A stretch of 64,000 nt of DNA from Macrostomum hystrix. Taxonomy: Eukaryota > Animalia > Platyhelminthes. Both the position numbers and the translations under genes were made by a program. The DNA is taken from NCBI GenBank assembly GCA_950097015.1, contig CATNEN010000001.1, positions 13,888,001-13,952,000 on the forward strand, in the 5' to 3' direction. The notes under the pieces were generated by a model that worked only from the letters and a program-made list of their open reading frames with translations, had not been told where the DNA came from and did no database searches. Below, piece after piece: positions 46,201 through 59,169 of the stretch (position 1 is its first letter; the number at the start of each line of letters is the position of its first letter).

Positions 46201-49200
46201 GCAATCCTACATGCCCAATTCGCAATCCTACCTACCCAATTCGCAATCCTACCTGCCCAATTCGCAATTCTACCTACCCAATTTGCAATCCTACCTGCCC
46301 AATTCGCAATCCAACCTCCCCAATTCGCATTCCAACCTCCCCAATTCGCAATCCTACCTGCCCAATTCGCAATTCTACCTGCCCAATTCGCAATCCTACC
46401 TGCCCAATTCGCAATTCTACCTGCCCAATTCGCAATTCTACCTGCCCAATTCGCAATTCTACCTACCCAATTCGCTATCCTATCAACCCAATTCGCAATC
46501 CTATCAACCCAATTCGCAATCCTACCTGCCCAATTCGCAATTCTACCTGCCCAATTCGCAATTCTAACTGCCCAATTCGCAATCCTACCTGCCCAATTCG
46601 CAATTCTACCTACCCAATTCGCAATCCTACCTGCCCAATTCGCAATTCTACCTGCCCAATTCGCAATCCTACCTACCCAATTCGCAATCCTAACTGCCCA
46701 ATTCGCAATCCTACCTGCCCAATTCGCAATCCTACCTGCCCAATTCGCAATTCTACCTACCCAATTTGCAATCCTACCTGCCCAATTCGCAATCCTACCT
46801 GCCCAATTCGCAATCCTACCTGCCCAATTCGCAAGCCTACCTCCCCAATTCGCAATCCTACCTACCCAATTCACAATCCTACCTGCCCAATTCGCAATTC
46901 TACCTGCCCAATTCGCAATCCTACCTACCCAATTCGCAATCCTACCTACCCAATTCGCTATCCTATCAACCCAATTCGCAATCCTACCTGCCCAATTCGC
47001 AATTCTACCTACCCAATTCGCTATCCTATCAACCCAATTCGCAATCCTACCTCCCCAATTCGCAATTCTACCTGCCCAATTCGCAATCCTACCTGCCCAA
47101 TTCGCAATCCTACCTACCCAATTCGCAATCCTACCTACCCAATTCGCTATCCTACCTCCCCAATTCGCAATCCTACCTCCCCAATTCGCAATCCTACATG
47201 CCCAATTCGCAATCCTACCTACCCAATTCGCAATCCTACCTGCCCAATTCGCAATCCTACCTCCCCAATTCGCAATCCTACCTCCCCAATTCGCAATCCA
47301 ACCTCCCCAATTCGCTATCCTAACTACCCAATTCGCAATCCTACCTCCCCAATTCGCAATCCAACCTCCCCAATTCGCATTCCAACCTCCCCAATTCGCA
47401 ATCCTACCTACCCAAATCGCTATCCTACCTCCCCAATTCGCAATCCAACCTCCCCAATTCGCTATTCTAACTGTACCCAATTCACAATCCAACCTCCCCA
47501 ATTCGCAATCCTACCTACCCAATTCACAATCCTACCTACCCAATTCGCAATCCTACCTCCCCAATTCGCAATCCAACCTCCCCAATTCGCAATCCTACCT
47601 ACCCAATTCACAATCGTATCTACCCTATCCCCAGATCGCCATCCACCGGTTGGTGTCGCAGGATGACAGCGAGCAGCCGAAGCCCGCTGATTCCAGCTTG
47701 CCAACAGCTTCTTCGACCTCGCCATTGGCAAAGTCAGCAGCCGTCGCCGGGTCGGATGTTGCCCAAGTAGTACAGTCACCGCTGAGGGTGCAGCGGGAGA
47801 CGCTGGTCTATCACCAGGCTGCTGACAGGGACTCGGACCCGAATCAGTGCAGCAGGCGGGCCTATGAAAGATTTCGCAGCAATTTGGAGCTCATGATGGC
47901 GAAGAAGCGAATGCAGGCCTGGCAGGAGCGAACCAAGCGATACGAGGAGTACACCAGGGAGATGGGGATTAAGTCTGGGCCCAAGGCCGCTGACAAGGAT
48001 AAGACTGCCAGATCTGCCGGCAGTAAAAGTGTTGAAGACGACGACGACGATGACGATGAATATGTGCCGGGAGAGGAGAGCGGTGACTGTTCCGGTTCGG
48101 GTTCCGAATCCGAATCCGGTTCCTCCAGCTCAGAAGCGGAAGACAATGCCGACGCTGAAGAAGAAGAAGAAGAAAATGACGAAGATAAAAACGAGAACAA
48201 AGACGACTCCGCTTCTAATAATTCTGGGGGAGAAGAAATAGTCAAAGAAGCTGAAGAGGCAGAAGGGGACGGAACAGGTCTGAGAGGCACCCTAGGCGCG
48301 TTCTCACAGGACTCCCAGCTGGATCTCTTTGCCAACAGTAACACTGCCGGGTCCGCTTCTCTGTTTGCTTCCGGCACGCCCCAGCTCATTGTTAGGGGCG
48401 GCGGACAAAGACTGCCTAGCCAATTGCCTGACAGCCAGCAAGCTACTCAGTACAGGCGGGTGAGTTCGCATCCCTAAATTGGGCCGTTTTAAACTGGCTT
48501 TTTATTATTCTATGCTCAAAGTGTCATAGTCAGCTATTGAAAGTAGTGAGCGTCGAATTCACGAATCGAAGGTCGAGGGTTCGATTCGCAACTCCACCGG
48601 AACGGTTTGCGTACCGTTAGCAAGACACTTGACTCCGCATCTTGGCTGGGGTAATTGAGGGTGGGTGTTCGGGTGAGTGGCAGAGCGGTTAACATGTTTG
48701 CCTCTCGCGCCGAATTCCGAATCTTATTCGTCAATAAATAGGCGAACACATTTCCCTCTATTTTTACAGGAACTCTCCACTGGTGATGATTGGTTCAGGT
48801 CAGTAACTTCATTGGATATTTAAGCCTGAAAACAGGTAGAGAAGATGGCAGATGTTAGCCTAGCAACAGGCAGAGTGCGTGGCAGATTTAGCCTAGCAAC
48901 AGGCAGAGTGCTTGGCAGATTTAGCCTAGCAACAGTCAGAGTGCGTGGCAGATTTAGCCTAGCAACAGGCAGAGTGCGTGGCAGATTTAGCCTAGCAGCA
49001 GCAGTACTAGTAGGTGTACTAATAGGCATGAAGCATGAAGTAGATGGCAGATATTGAGCAGTGCTCAAACTCCGCCTACTCAGCACGCAGGAGTCCCAGC
49101 AGCAGGAGGCGCTGATCCAGTCTCAGCTGTGTTTTGGCGATAGTTCAACAGCCCCTGGCGCAGCCTCAGTCGGCTTCACGCAGCAGCTGTTGGGCTCTGA

Positions 49201-50914
49201 AAGCCCCGGCGTCAGCGGAAGCAACAACAACAACGCCTTCCCGGACTTTGTCACGCAGGCACCTCTGGTGGAAACTCAGCCAGCAGCTGCACCCGCCGCC
49301 GCCGCATTTCCAGACTTCATCACGCAGTCGGCTCCGCTGATTGTCGACGATCGAAAAGACTCGAAGAAGAAGACTAAAGAAGACGATGGCATCGACATTG
49401 CTGCCTACGGTTTGCCCGATAGCGACGACGGCGAGGCTGATGACAGCAGCGACGGCGAGGATGACGACCTGGCCAAAGCGCTGATGCTGAGCGGTGTAGT
49501 CGACAATCTGAATTCACAGGACGACGCTCTGCAGGAGATGCCGACTACTGGTTCATCAAAGGCACCAGCCGTTGGGAATGCGCCCGCTGCCGCCGCTGCT
49601 GTTGCTGACGCCTGCTGTTTAGCGAAGTCGAACAGCGAGAATTCCGTTGACACGGAGTCAGCGGATTCGAAGAGGACGCTGGCCGTTGACCCTGGCGGCG
49701 ACGATTCTGACGATGATGAAATCGGGGCGAAGATCCATTCGGCGAGGGCGAGTGTCCCCGGCGAAGATTCCGAAGCTTCTGATTCGGATGACACTGGCGA
49801 TGACAGTAACAGCAATGACAGACATCGGGACAAGAAGCCGAGAAAGTTTGTTGTTAGCGACGATGAAGAAGACAGCAATCAGGAGGAAGAGGACGGCGAT
49901 AGCGAGGGCGAGGTCGATGATGACGCCGCCGGTCAAAATCAGCCCAAGCGTCGCCTTCGACAAAGCGACTTCCTCGAAGAGGAGGCCGAACTCAGCGGCT
50001 CCGACGACGGCGTTAAAGATGACGACGAGGAAGACGCCAACTCGCACGACATGGCTCTGGCCGCCGAGCTAGAGGGCATGATCGACGACGACGAGGAGGC
50101 TTTGGGCGGCGGCTCGCGTCTCCGGCGCCAAGTGGCTCGAATCCAGCACGCCATGCAGGCCGACGAGGACCGGCGTCAGCTCGACAAGCTCAAGGAGCTC
50201 CTGCTGCCTGACGGCGAGTTCGCCGACGAAGCCGACGGCGACGGTCTAGCCAGGAAGTGGCGATTCAACCGCTGGAAGGAGCTTCAGGAGAGGCGAGACG
50301 CGGCCGAAGCCGCCGCCAGCGCCGGTTTAGGCGACGCCTGCTGGGGCGACGGCGAGGACGAGGAACAGCGACGTCGAGAGGAGGAAGAGCTGGAGGCCGA
50401 GGCCAGGGCTGAGCAGGTTAGATTCACGATAACAGTAGATCTATAGATAAGTTTATCGGAACAGTAGACCTATAGATTCATCAGAACAGTAGATCTATAG
50501 ATTCATCAGAACAGTAGATCTATAGATTCATCAGAACAGTAGATCTATAGATTCATCAGAACAGTAGATCTATAGAATTATAGCGGCCCGCAATTCTTCC
50601 TCCAGGCACTTCGCATTGAGCGTCACAAGCGGGAACAATTTCTAGAGCAGCAGGAGCAACAGAAGCAGCAGCAGATGCTACTGCTAATGAGCCAGGAGTC
50701 TCAAACTGGTTTCAGCCTTGCCAGTTACAACCAGCATCAGCAGCAGCAGCATCACCAACTCCTGGAGGACAGCGGCTCTGAGCAGACTCCATTTTTCCGC
50801 GACATGCAGGCCAGAGTTCTCAGAGAGACATCCAATAGTGCCAGCTTCTCTGGCGTCAGGAGTCGACAAATGCTGCCTCCGAGACCACTGCCGCCTCAGC
50901 AGCAACGGCAGCAT

Positions 50915-50962
<48 letters not shown>

Positions 50963-51427
50963 TCTGCTCCAAATAAGCGCAAGAATTTCGCGCCAATCAA
51001 ACGCACCGGATCGTTCCTAACTAGAAGCAAGGACAGCAGTGCCTCTCTGAGGAATCTGGTTGCCAAGTCAGGCGGCGGTGTCGGCGGCAGCGGCCTCAGA
51101 GCAGCCGTCGCCGCCGCTGTAGAAACCAAAGCTGCCAAGAGTTCCACGGCAGTGGCTTGCTTCTCCGTGCACAGCAGGAAACAGCCGAATTCTTCGGCGG
51201 CCGCCCAGGGTAGGAAACGCCCTGACCATGCCGCATTGAACCCCAGCGAACCCTTGGCTAAGAAAATGCGCAGCGGCCCTACTCAGCAGCAGCAGCAGCA
51301 GAAGCAACAACAAAGGCAGCGCAATTCACTGTTATCGAATTTCTATGCGGTCAACAATGCGGCGGCTGCTGCTGCTGATGCCGCTGCGGCTGCAGCCAAT
51401 CTTGAGCCGCCAGCTTCAGCCACGTGA
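43251..51427 (+). CDS. CLSPN: Claspin/Mrc1-like replication checkpoint protein, ~1110 aa; exons 43251-43610, 47662(or 47635)-48459, 48770-48798, 49084-50416, 50606-51427
   Basis: EFMHRFQRHA, LELMMAKKR..W..R, acidic tracts, FLEEEAELSGSD, LRRQV.RI..D.RQL..L..LL.DG....R.WRF.RW, GSFL; splice phases are consistent only when the 29-nt microexon is included. Confidence 0.8.
43690..43812 (+). mobile_element. Dispersed repeat fragment, homologous to 31085-31209
   Basis: Shared gggcaatggcacatcatttgg...gccagcgaggaggcaattctgccc...tacgcaggca in introns of two unrelated genes. Confidence 0.7.
43818..47613. repeat. Intronic 21-bp satellite (cccaattcgcaatcctacctg), ~180 units, 987-bp higher-order repeat
   Basis: Identical variant patterns start at 44792, 45779 and 46766. 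Confidence 0.97.
48530..48700 (+). mobile_element. tRNA-derived SINE-like element in claspin intron
   Basis: B-box ggttcgattc followed by CORE-like ttagcaagacacttgac. Confidence 0.5.
48855..48997. repeat. 33-bp intronic tandem repeat, ~4 copies
   Basis: ttagcctagcaacaggcagagtgcgtggcagat. Confidence 0.9.
50431..50577. repeat. 25-bp intronic tandem repeat
   Basis: gaacagtagatctatagattcatca. Confidence 0.9.
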
Positions 51428-51464
51428 TCGCCTCCAGTAACACTAGGACATATTGTGTCTTCTC

Positions 51465-51992
51465 TGTGTCTGTCTGTCTTTCCTGGGTGTCTGTCTGTCT
51501 GTCCTGGGTGTCTGTCTGTCCTGGGCGTCTGTCTGTCCTGGGTGTCTGTCTGTCTTTCCTGTCTGTCTGTCTGTCCTGGGTGTCTGTCTGTCTGTCCTGG
51601 GTGTCTGTCTTTCCTGGGTGTTTGTCTGTCTTTCCTGGGTGTCTGTCTGTCTTTCCTGGGTGTCTGTCTGTCTGTCCTGGGTGTCTGTCTGTCTGTCCTG
51701 TGTGTCTGTCTGTCTGTCCTGTGTGTCTGTCTGTCTGTCCTGGGTGTCTGTCTGTCTGTCCTGGGTGTCTGTCTGTCTGTCCTGGGTGTCTGTCTGTCCT
51801 GGGTGTCTGTCTGTCCTGGGTGTCTGTCTGTCCTGGGTGTCTGTCTGTCTGTCTGTCCTGGGTGTCTGTCTGTCTTTCCTGTCTGTCTGTCTTTCCTGTG
51901 TGTGTCTTTCCTGGGTGTCTGTCTTTCCTGGGTGTCTGTCTGTCTTTCCTGGGTGTCTGTCTGTCTTTCCTGGGTGTCTGTCTGTCTGTCTG
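51465..51992. repeat. Compound (tgtc)n / cctgggtg repeat
   Basis: Direct reading. Confidence 0.95.
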
Positions 51993-52522
51993 TTATTGTA
52001 TCGAGCTATCTGCTCATCTATCCTCAGCTCCGGTCTCATACTCCGCGATTTAATCACCCTAAGTTTTTGTACTAAGTTTGTACAGTAACAGTTTCTTATT
52101 GGTTCATTCGTACTTAACTAATAATCAGCTTGTTTTAAGCATAAACATATTTTTAACACTTTACAATTTACAACGTAGGAAGCTATACTATCTTTCAATG
52201 CACTCTACGCAGTCAGCGAGGTCAGTGCTTGTTCTGAAATACGGGAATGCAGTATCGAACAGTTGAAGCATTTCATTATTGTTTGCTTGTCAAATTGTGG
52301 TTCTAAGCAAAAAGCTATCGTTTTTTGCCACCGCTATTAAATTTAATTGTATATTCACTTTATATTTTGCTAGTTTTACAAAGTGCTAACTTCATGCTTT
52401 GTTTTTAAACAACAAAAATGTTTTTTTATTTCAAAGTCCTACTTTTTTTTATTAAACTCAATTTACCTACTTATAAGCTGTTTAAAGGCTGCTACCCCTT
52501 AAGACTAATTCCAGTCGGGTTT

Positions 52523-53492
52523 ATTTAATACACACTCAAAGTGACGGAGTCTGCTCAAGAATCTTCAAAGAAATCCCAATTTAATACACACTCAAAGTGA
52601 CGGAGTCTGCTCAAGAATCTTCCGAGAAATCCCAATTTAATACACACTCAAAGTTACGGAATCTGCTCAATAATCTTCCAAGAAATCCCAATTTAATACA
52701 CACTCAAAGTGACGGAATCTGTTTAAGAATCTTCCAAGAAATCCCAATTTAATACACACAATCCATTTGTGAGAATCTGCTCAAGAATCTTCCCAGAAAT
52801 CCTAATTTAATACACACTCAAAGTGACAGAATCTGCTCAAGAGTCTTCAAAAAAATCCCAATTTAATACACACTCAAAGTGACGGAATCTGTTTAAGAAT
52901 CTTCCAAGAAATCCCAATTTAATACACACAATCCATTTGTGAGAATCTGCTCAAGAATCTTCCGAGAAATCCCAATTTAATGCACACTCAAAGTTACGGA
53001 ATCTGTTCAAGAATCTTCCAAGAAATCCCAATTTAATACACACAATCCATTTGTGAGAATCTGCTCAAGAATCTTCCCAGAAATCCTAATTTAATACACA
53101 CTCAAAGTGACAGAATCTGCTCAAGAGTCTTCAAAAAAATCCCAATTTAATACACACTCAAAGTGACGGAATCTGTTTAAGAACCTTCCAAGAAATCGCA
53201 ATTTAATACACACAATCCATTTGTGAGAATCTGCTCAAGAGTCTTCCAAGAAATCCCAATTTAATACACACAATTCATTTGTGAGAATCTGCTCAAGAGT
53301 CTTCCAAGAAATCCTAATTTAATACACACTCAAAGTGACGGAGTCTGCTCAAGAATCTTCCAAGAAATCCTAATTTAATACACACTCAAAGTGACGGAGT
53401 CTGCTCAAGAGTCTTCCAAGAAATCCTAATTTAATACACACTCAAAGTGACGGAGTCTGCTCAAGAGTCTTCCAAGAAATCTTTATTTAATC
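52523..53492. repeat. 56/57-bp minisatellite, ~17 copies, two unit variants
   Basis: atttaatacacactcaaagtgacggagtctgctcaagaatcttccaagaaatccca. Confidence 0.95.
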
Positions 53493-54400
53493 CACAATCA
53501 ATCAATGGAAATCTAGTTAGAAGTCTTTGAAAAAATCATATTTTTTATATAATTTAGCTATGTTCTACCTGTTAGGAATCTGTTAAAATATCTTGTGTAC
53601 ATCGCTTGAAGAGACAAATGCTTTATTTGCGCTATTGCTATGAGCAATGGGCTTACATTTTTACTACTAACAGCGTAGTGTGTAGCATACATTAAAAGAC
53701 TATTTTGGAATTGTCATGAGTGAAATGTCACAAATAGAAGAAAATATCAAGTAACACACGCTAGTTTTGTCAGTCATTGCCATAGACAATAGCAACTGAA
53801 TCAGCTCTTAAGCATTGATTTTCGATTAGCTATGCTCAAAGAACTCAGACCCAGTGTGAGTTATGAAATAAGCAGCCCAGTCGAGACAAACACATTCGTC
53901 TGTCCAATGAGACGTCGCCGAGAGGATCAGTGCAGAGTTCTGCTCAACCCGGTTAAGGAGCCGGAGGACCCCCATGCCAAGTGTAAGGCTGTTGCGGACA
54001 TGATGGTCAGGCTGGTTTGCCGGGTCCTGCAGGAAATAAATCGCCGAGAAGAGGCCAGGGCTGCAAAGAAGGCTAAAAACGAGGAGTGCCTGGTGGGAAA
54101 CTACTGCCCAATACGGATGAAGCAACTGGCCCAGTTCAACATAGCCACACATCAGACTCGGGCAGTGCCACATTATTATAAGAGGTTCGAGAAATTTGAC
54201 GCAGCAGATCAGCACCTGGACGAACACCAGGTGAGACCGATACTGATGGAACAATTCTCCATGATGTGCTAATACTCGTAGTTTCTGACCATGGAAACCT
54301 CCAAGATGGATTTGGGAGCACTGTCGAGGATTTGGGGCTTAAAGTCCAGGATTTGGGAGCGCTATCTGTTTAAAATGAACAATAATAACAAGCCAGCCTG

Positions 54401-55827
54401 TTCGATTGCGATCGACATTCTATCACCAGTGTACATCTCGTGTGTACAGTCCCAAAGTACGCACTAATGTTGAACAGCGACACAACATTCACCATTCAAT
54501 AAGGAAAAAACAAGCGGACATCACACAAAATTATTGCAAGGGAGTAAAAATCACATCATTAATAATCAAATTCTTAAACATCACTTGCATAAAAATGTAG
54601 TCTCCTTAAAGTATGTGACATTTGGCACTATTGGCATTCAGAAGCCAAAGAACGGCTTCGGGACGCTCACCAGGTTCGAAATCCACTTGGAAGCTTGGAT
54701 CTCTTCAATGATTTAATCCGCGAGTTGGCCTCTAACTTACGGACGATACGGTCTCGCCGATAACATCGATAGCCTTTCCGTTGTACGCAATGAGCTTCTT
54801 GGTTGATGACTGCAGCGGTGACCAGTTTCCCAGCTTTCTGAGGGTTCGCTCCGACAAGATGGACACCTTGGCTCCGGATTTAACGAGCAGGTTGAGCCAG
54901 ATGCCTGCACCGTCAACCAGCAGCGGATTCTCACGACCTCAGCGAATTTGGTGCCCTGTGACCTGCACACCCGGCTGAAGTGATTTGCCTTTCCGCAGGC
55001 GTGACATGTCCTGCCATCAGCCAGAAATCGATCGAAAACCGCTCGGCCCGGCCCTCCAACATTCCTGTCAGGTTGCAGTCGAATTTTCTTGACCTCTTCC
55101 TCCGGTTGGACACTGGCCGCTGTTGCGCCTGCGGTCTCGATTGCGCTGACTTCAGCGTTGCTGGTCTTCCACTGCGGGCTCAGGGTCACCGCGTTCTGGA
55201 GTGTCAGGCCATCCTCGATCAGCAGGCGCTCTTGAAATTCGCCTGTCGCTGACCTTCACCAATCTGGTCCCGGATCATTTCTTCCATCATGCCCCGGAAC
55301 TCACATGAGCCCGCCAGAGTGTACAATGCCGCCACGAAGTCCGCAATCTTCTCACACGGCGAGTGTTGCCTGGAGTTTTGTCGGAGCCGGAGTCCTCGTC
55401 GCAGCCACTGCAGCGAAGATTCCCTGCCCTTTAGCACCCAGGCAGTACAGCAGCAGCGCGCGCCTCTTCGCCTCCGGCAAAGTATCGTAGACGGCTGCCA
55501 GGATGTAGTTCTCCAACAAAACTTTACGGCCTCGCCGGTCGTCCCGGCTGCGGCAGGAATTGATCCGGGGCACTTCTGCTGGGCTGTCACCCACCATGTC
55601 TTGCGACTTGCATCTGCACTTTGCAGTTTTGCGCTGTTGGTTCGGGCTTGGTGTGGCGGTCAGACAGGCCTGCAGTCAGCCTGTTTAGCAGACGAAACTC
55701 TCAATGCCAAGTCGGCTCATCACTTTTATTTTTATATATTCGATTGCGATCGATATTCTATCAGCAGTGTACATCTTTGATGTGTACAGTCACAAAGTAT
55801 GCACTAATATTGAACAGCGACACAACA
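54401..55827 (-). mobile_element. Internally deleted, decayed LTR retrotransposon (gag/protease remnant)
   Basis: Diverged direct repeats 54401-54487 and 55739-55827 ending aca; CHACGKANHFSRVC knuckle; EEMIRDQ gag motif. Confidence 0.7.
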
Positions 55828-56090
55828 CTATCGAGGGTTTGGGGCTTAATATCTAGGTTTTAGGAGCGCTATCAACAATTTCGCGTTGAGCACCCAGGAT
55901 TGGGGATTAGAATTGAGGATATACGGTTAAAAGTTAAGGATTTAGGAGCACTTCTGGTGATTCGAGGAGACCTTGGTAATCAGATCGGGGCCAGCCCCTT
56001 GTTCTGTACTAACGAGAGCTAACCCCTGTATATGTTGAATGCATGGGTCCCAATTTCTACAATTGTTAAAATCATCTATCTCTATTTCAG

Positions 56091-58953
56091 ATTAGACCGA
56101 ATAAAAAGTTAATGTCTTCTTCAACGCAGCAAACTCCGAAGCCCATAATGCTGTCGACACTGCGAAATCAACAGTTGCAGCAGCAGCTACCACAGCCGCA
56201 ACAGCAGCAGCAGCTACAACAGCAGCAACAGCACCTGCTACCACAGCAGCAGCAACAAGAGCAGCAACAGCAGAAGCAGCTACCACAGCAGCTACCACAG
56301 CAGGAACAAGAGCAGCAGCTTCCACAGAAGCGGCAACAGCAGCAGCTAGAACAGAAGCAGCCAAAGCAGCAGCTAGAACAGAAGCAGCCAAAGCAGCAGC
56401 TAGAACAGCAGCAGCCAAAGCAGCAGCTAGAACAGCAGCAGCCAAAGCAGCAGCTAGAACAGAAGCAGCCAAAACAGCAGCTAGAACAGCAGCAGCCAAA
56501 GCAGCAGCTAGAACAGCAGCAGCTAGAACAGCAGCAGCCAAAGCAGCAGCTAAAACAGAAGCAGCCAAAGCAGCAGCTAGAACAAAAGCTGCCAAAGCAG
56601 CAGCTAGAACAGAAGCAGCCAAAGCAGCAGCTAGAACAGAAGCAGCCAAAGCAGCAGCTAGAACAGCAGCAGCCAAAGCAGCAGCTAGAACAGCAGCAGC
56701 CAAAGCATCAGCTAGAACAGCAGCAGCCAAAGCATCAGCTAGAACAGCAGCAGCCAAAGCATCAGCTAGAACAGAAGCAGCCAAAGCATCAGCTAGAACA
56801 GAAGCAGCCAAAGCAGCAGCTAGAAAAGCAGCAGCCAAAGCAGCAGCTTGAACAGAAGCAGCCAAAACAGCAGCTAGAACAGAAGCAGCCAAAGCAGCAG
56901 CTAGAACAGAAGCAGCCAAAGCAGCAGCTAGAACAGAAGCAGCCAAAACAGCAGCTAGAAAAGCAGCAGCCAAAGCATCAGCTAGAACAGAAGCAGCCAA
57001 AGCAGCAGCTAGAACAGAAGCAGCTAAAGCATCAGCTAGAACAGAAGCAGCCAAAGCGGCAGCTAGAACAGCAGCAGCCAAAGCAGCAGCTAGAACAGCA
57101 GCAGCCAAAGCAGCAGCTAGAACAGAAGCAGCCAAAGCAGCAGCTAGAACAGAAGCAGCCAAAGCAGCAGCTAGAACAGAAGCAGCCAAAGCATCAGCTA
57201 GAACAGAAGCAGCCAAAGCAGCAGCTAGAACAGAAGCAGCCAAAGCATCAGCTAGAACAGAAGCAGCCAAAGCAGCAGCTAGAACAGAAGCAGCCAAAAC
57301 AGCAGCTAGAACAGCAGCAGCTAGAACAGCAGCAGCCAAAGCAGCAGCCAAAGCAGCAGCTAGAACAGAAGCAGCCAAAGCAGCAGCTAGAACAGAAGCA
57401 GCCAAAGCAGCTGCTAGAACAGCAGCAGCCAAAGCAGCAGCTAGAACAGCAGCAGCCAAAGCATCAGCTAGAACAGAAGCAGCCAAAACAGCAGCTAGAA
57501 CAGCAGCAGCCAAAGCAGCAGCTAGAACAGAAGCAGCCAAAGCAGCAGCTAGAACAGAAGCAGCCAAAGCATCAGCTAGAACAGAAGCAGCCAAAGCATC
57601 AGCTAGAACAGAAGCAGCCAAAGCATCAGCTAGAACAGAAGCAGCCAAAGCAGCAGCTAGAACAGAAGCAGCCAAAACAGCAGCTAGAACAGCAGCAGCC
57701 AAAGCAGCAGCCAAAGCAGCAGCTAGAACAGAAGCAGCCAAAGCAGCAGCTAGAACAGAAGCAGCCAAAGCAGCTGCTAGAACAGCAGCAGCCAAAGCAG
57801 CAGCTAGAACAGCAGCAGCCAAAGCATCAGCTAGAACAGAAGCAGCCAAAACAGCAGCTAGAACAGCAGCAGCAAAAGCAAGAGCAACAACAGCAAAAGC
57901 AAAAGCAGCAGCTAGAACAGCAGCAGCCAAAGCAGCAGCTAGAACAGAAGCAGCCAAAGCGGCAGCTAGAACAGCAGCAGCCAAAGCAGCAGCTAGAACA
58001 GAAGCAGCCAAAGCAGCAGCTAGAACAGAAGCAGCCAAAGCAGCAGCTAGAACAGAAGCAGCCAAAGCATCAGCTAGAACAGAAGCAGCCAAAGCATCAG
58101 CTAGAACAGAAGCAGCCAAAGCAGCAGCTAGAACAGAAGCAGCCAAAGCAGCAGCTAGAACAGAAGCAGCCAAAGCAGCAGCTAGAACAGAAGCAGCCAA
58201 AGCATCAGCTAGAACAGAAGCAGCCAAAGCAGCAGCTAGAACAGAAGCAGCCAAAACAGCAGCTAGAAAAGCAGCAGCCAAAGCATCAGCTAGAACAGCA
58301 GCAGCCAAAGCAGCAGCTAGAACAGCAGCAGCAAAAGCAAGAGCAACAACAGCAAAAGCAAAAGCAGCAGCTAGAACAGCAGCAGCCAAAGCAGCAGCTA
58401 GAACAGAAGCAGCCAAAGCAGCAGCTTGAACAGAAGCAGCCAAAGCATCAGCTAGAACAGCAGCAGCCAAAGCAGCAGCTAGAACAGCAGCAGCATAAGC
58501 AGCAGCTAGAACAGAAGAAGCAAAAGCAGCAGCAGCAAAAGCAAGAGCTTCAACAGAAGAAGCAAAAGCAGCAGCAGCAAAAGCAAGAGCTACAACAACA
58601 ACAGCAGCAGCAGCAGCAGGAAAAGCAGCAGCTAAAGCAGCAGCTAAAGCAGCAGCAGCAGCAGCAAAAGCAGCAGCAGCAGCAGCAAAAGCAGCAGCAG
58701 CAGCAGGAAAAGCAGCAGCTAAAGCAGCAGCAGCAGCAGCAAAAGCAGCAACAGCAGCAGGAAAAGCAACAGCTACAACAGCAGCAGCTACAACAGAAGA
58801 AGCAAAAGCAGCTGCAAAAGCTGCTGCTAAAACAGCAGCAGCAACAAGCAAAAGTTTCGCATCAGCCCACAGCCGCTGAAGTTGATGAGGCTATCAAGCA
58901 GTCAGCCGACGAAGAGAAGGTTTTGGCAAAGAAGCGGTTGTCCGACAGCAATG
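56091..58953 (+). CDS. Putative large exon encoding QQLEQKQPK repeats (27-bp unit); gene unidentified
   Basis: Acceptor ctatttcag; frame open from 56091 into non-repetitive EVDEAIKQSADEEKVLAKKRL; candidate donor gtagga; possible next exon ~60198-60423. Confidence 0.5.
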
Positions 58954-59169
58954 GTAGGAAAGTAGTCCCCTCTACATCCCTCGGTAGAGGGGATTTGCCA
59001 GGGCACCACGACAATACGGAGACGACGGCCCCCACACAACCACAAGATGGCCCCCAGCCTACACCCACCCGGTCCCAGAACCCCCGCCCGACCCCAAACC
59101 AAGGGCGCCTCCGATCCTTTACCAGACCCCAAATCAAGCACCCCACCGGGTACCAAGACCCACCAAGGC

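Noticed and set aside
43251-47666. 1471-aa (+) and 1241-aa (-) ORFs
   Set aside because: Products of a stop-free 21-bp satellite inside a GT-AG intron; only 43251-43610 looks coding
48530-48610. tRNA gene
   Set aside because: B-box only; no convincing cloverleaf; continues into a SINE-like body
53832-54272. 146-aa ORF
   Set aside because: Coding-like composition but no recognisable family or gene structure
56092-58851. 919-aa Ala-rich minus-strand ORF
   Set aside because: Antisense shadow of the CAG-rich repeat; splice signals favour the plus strand
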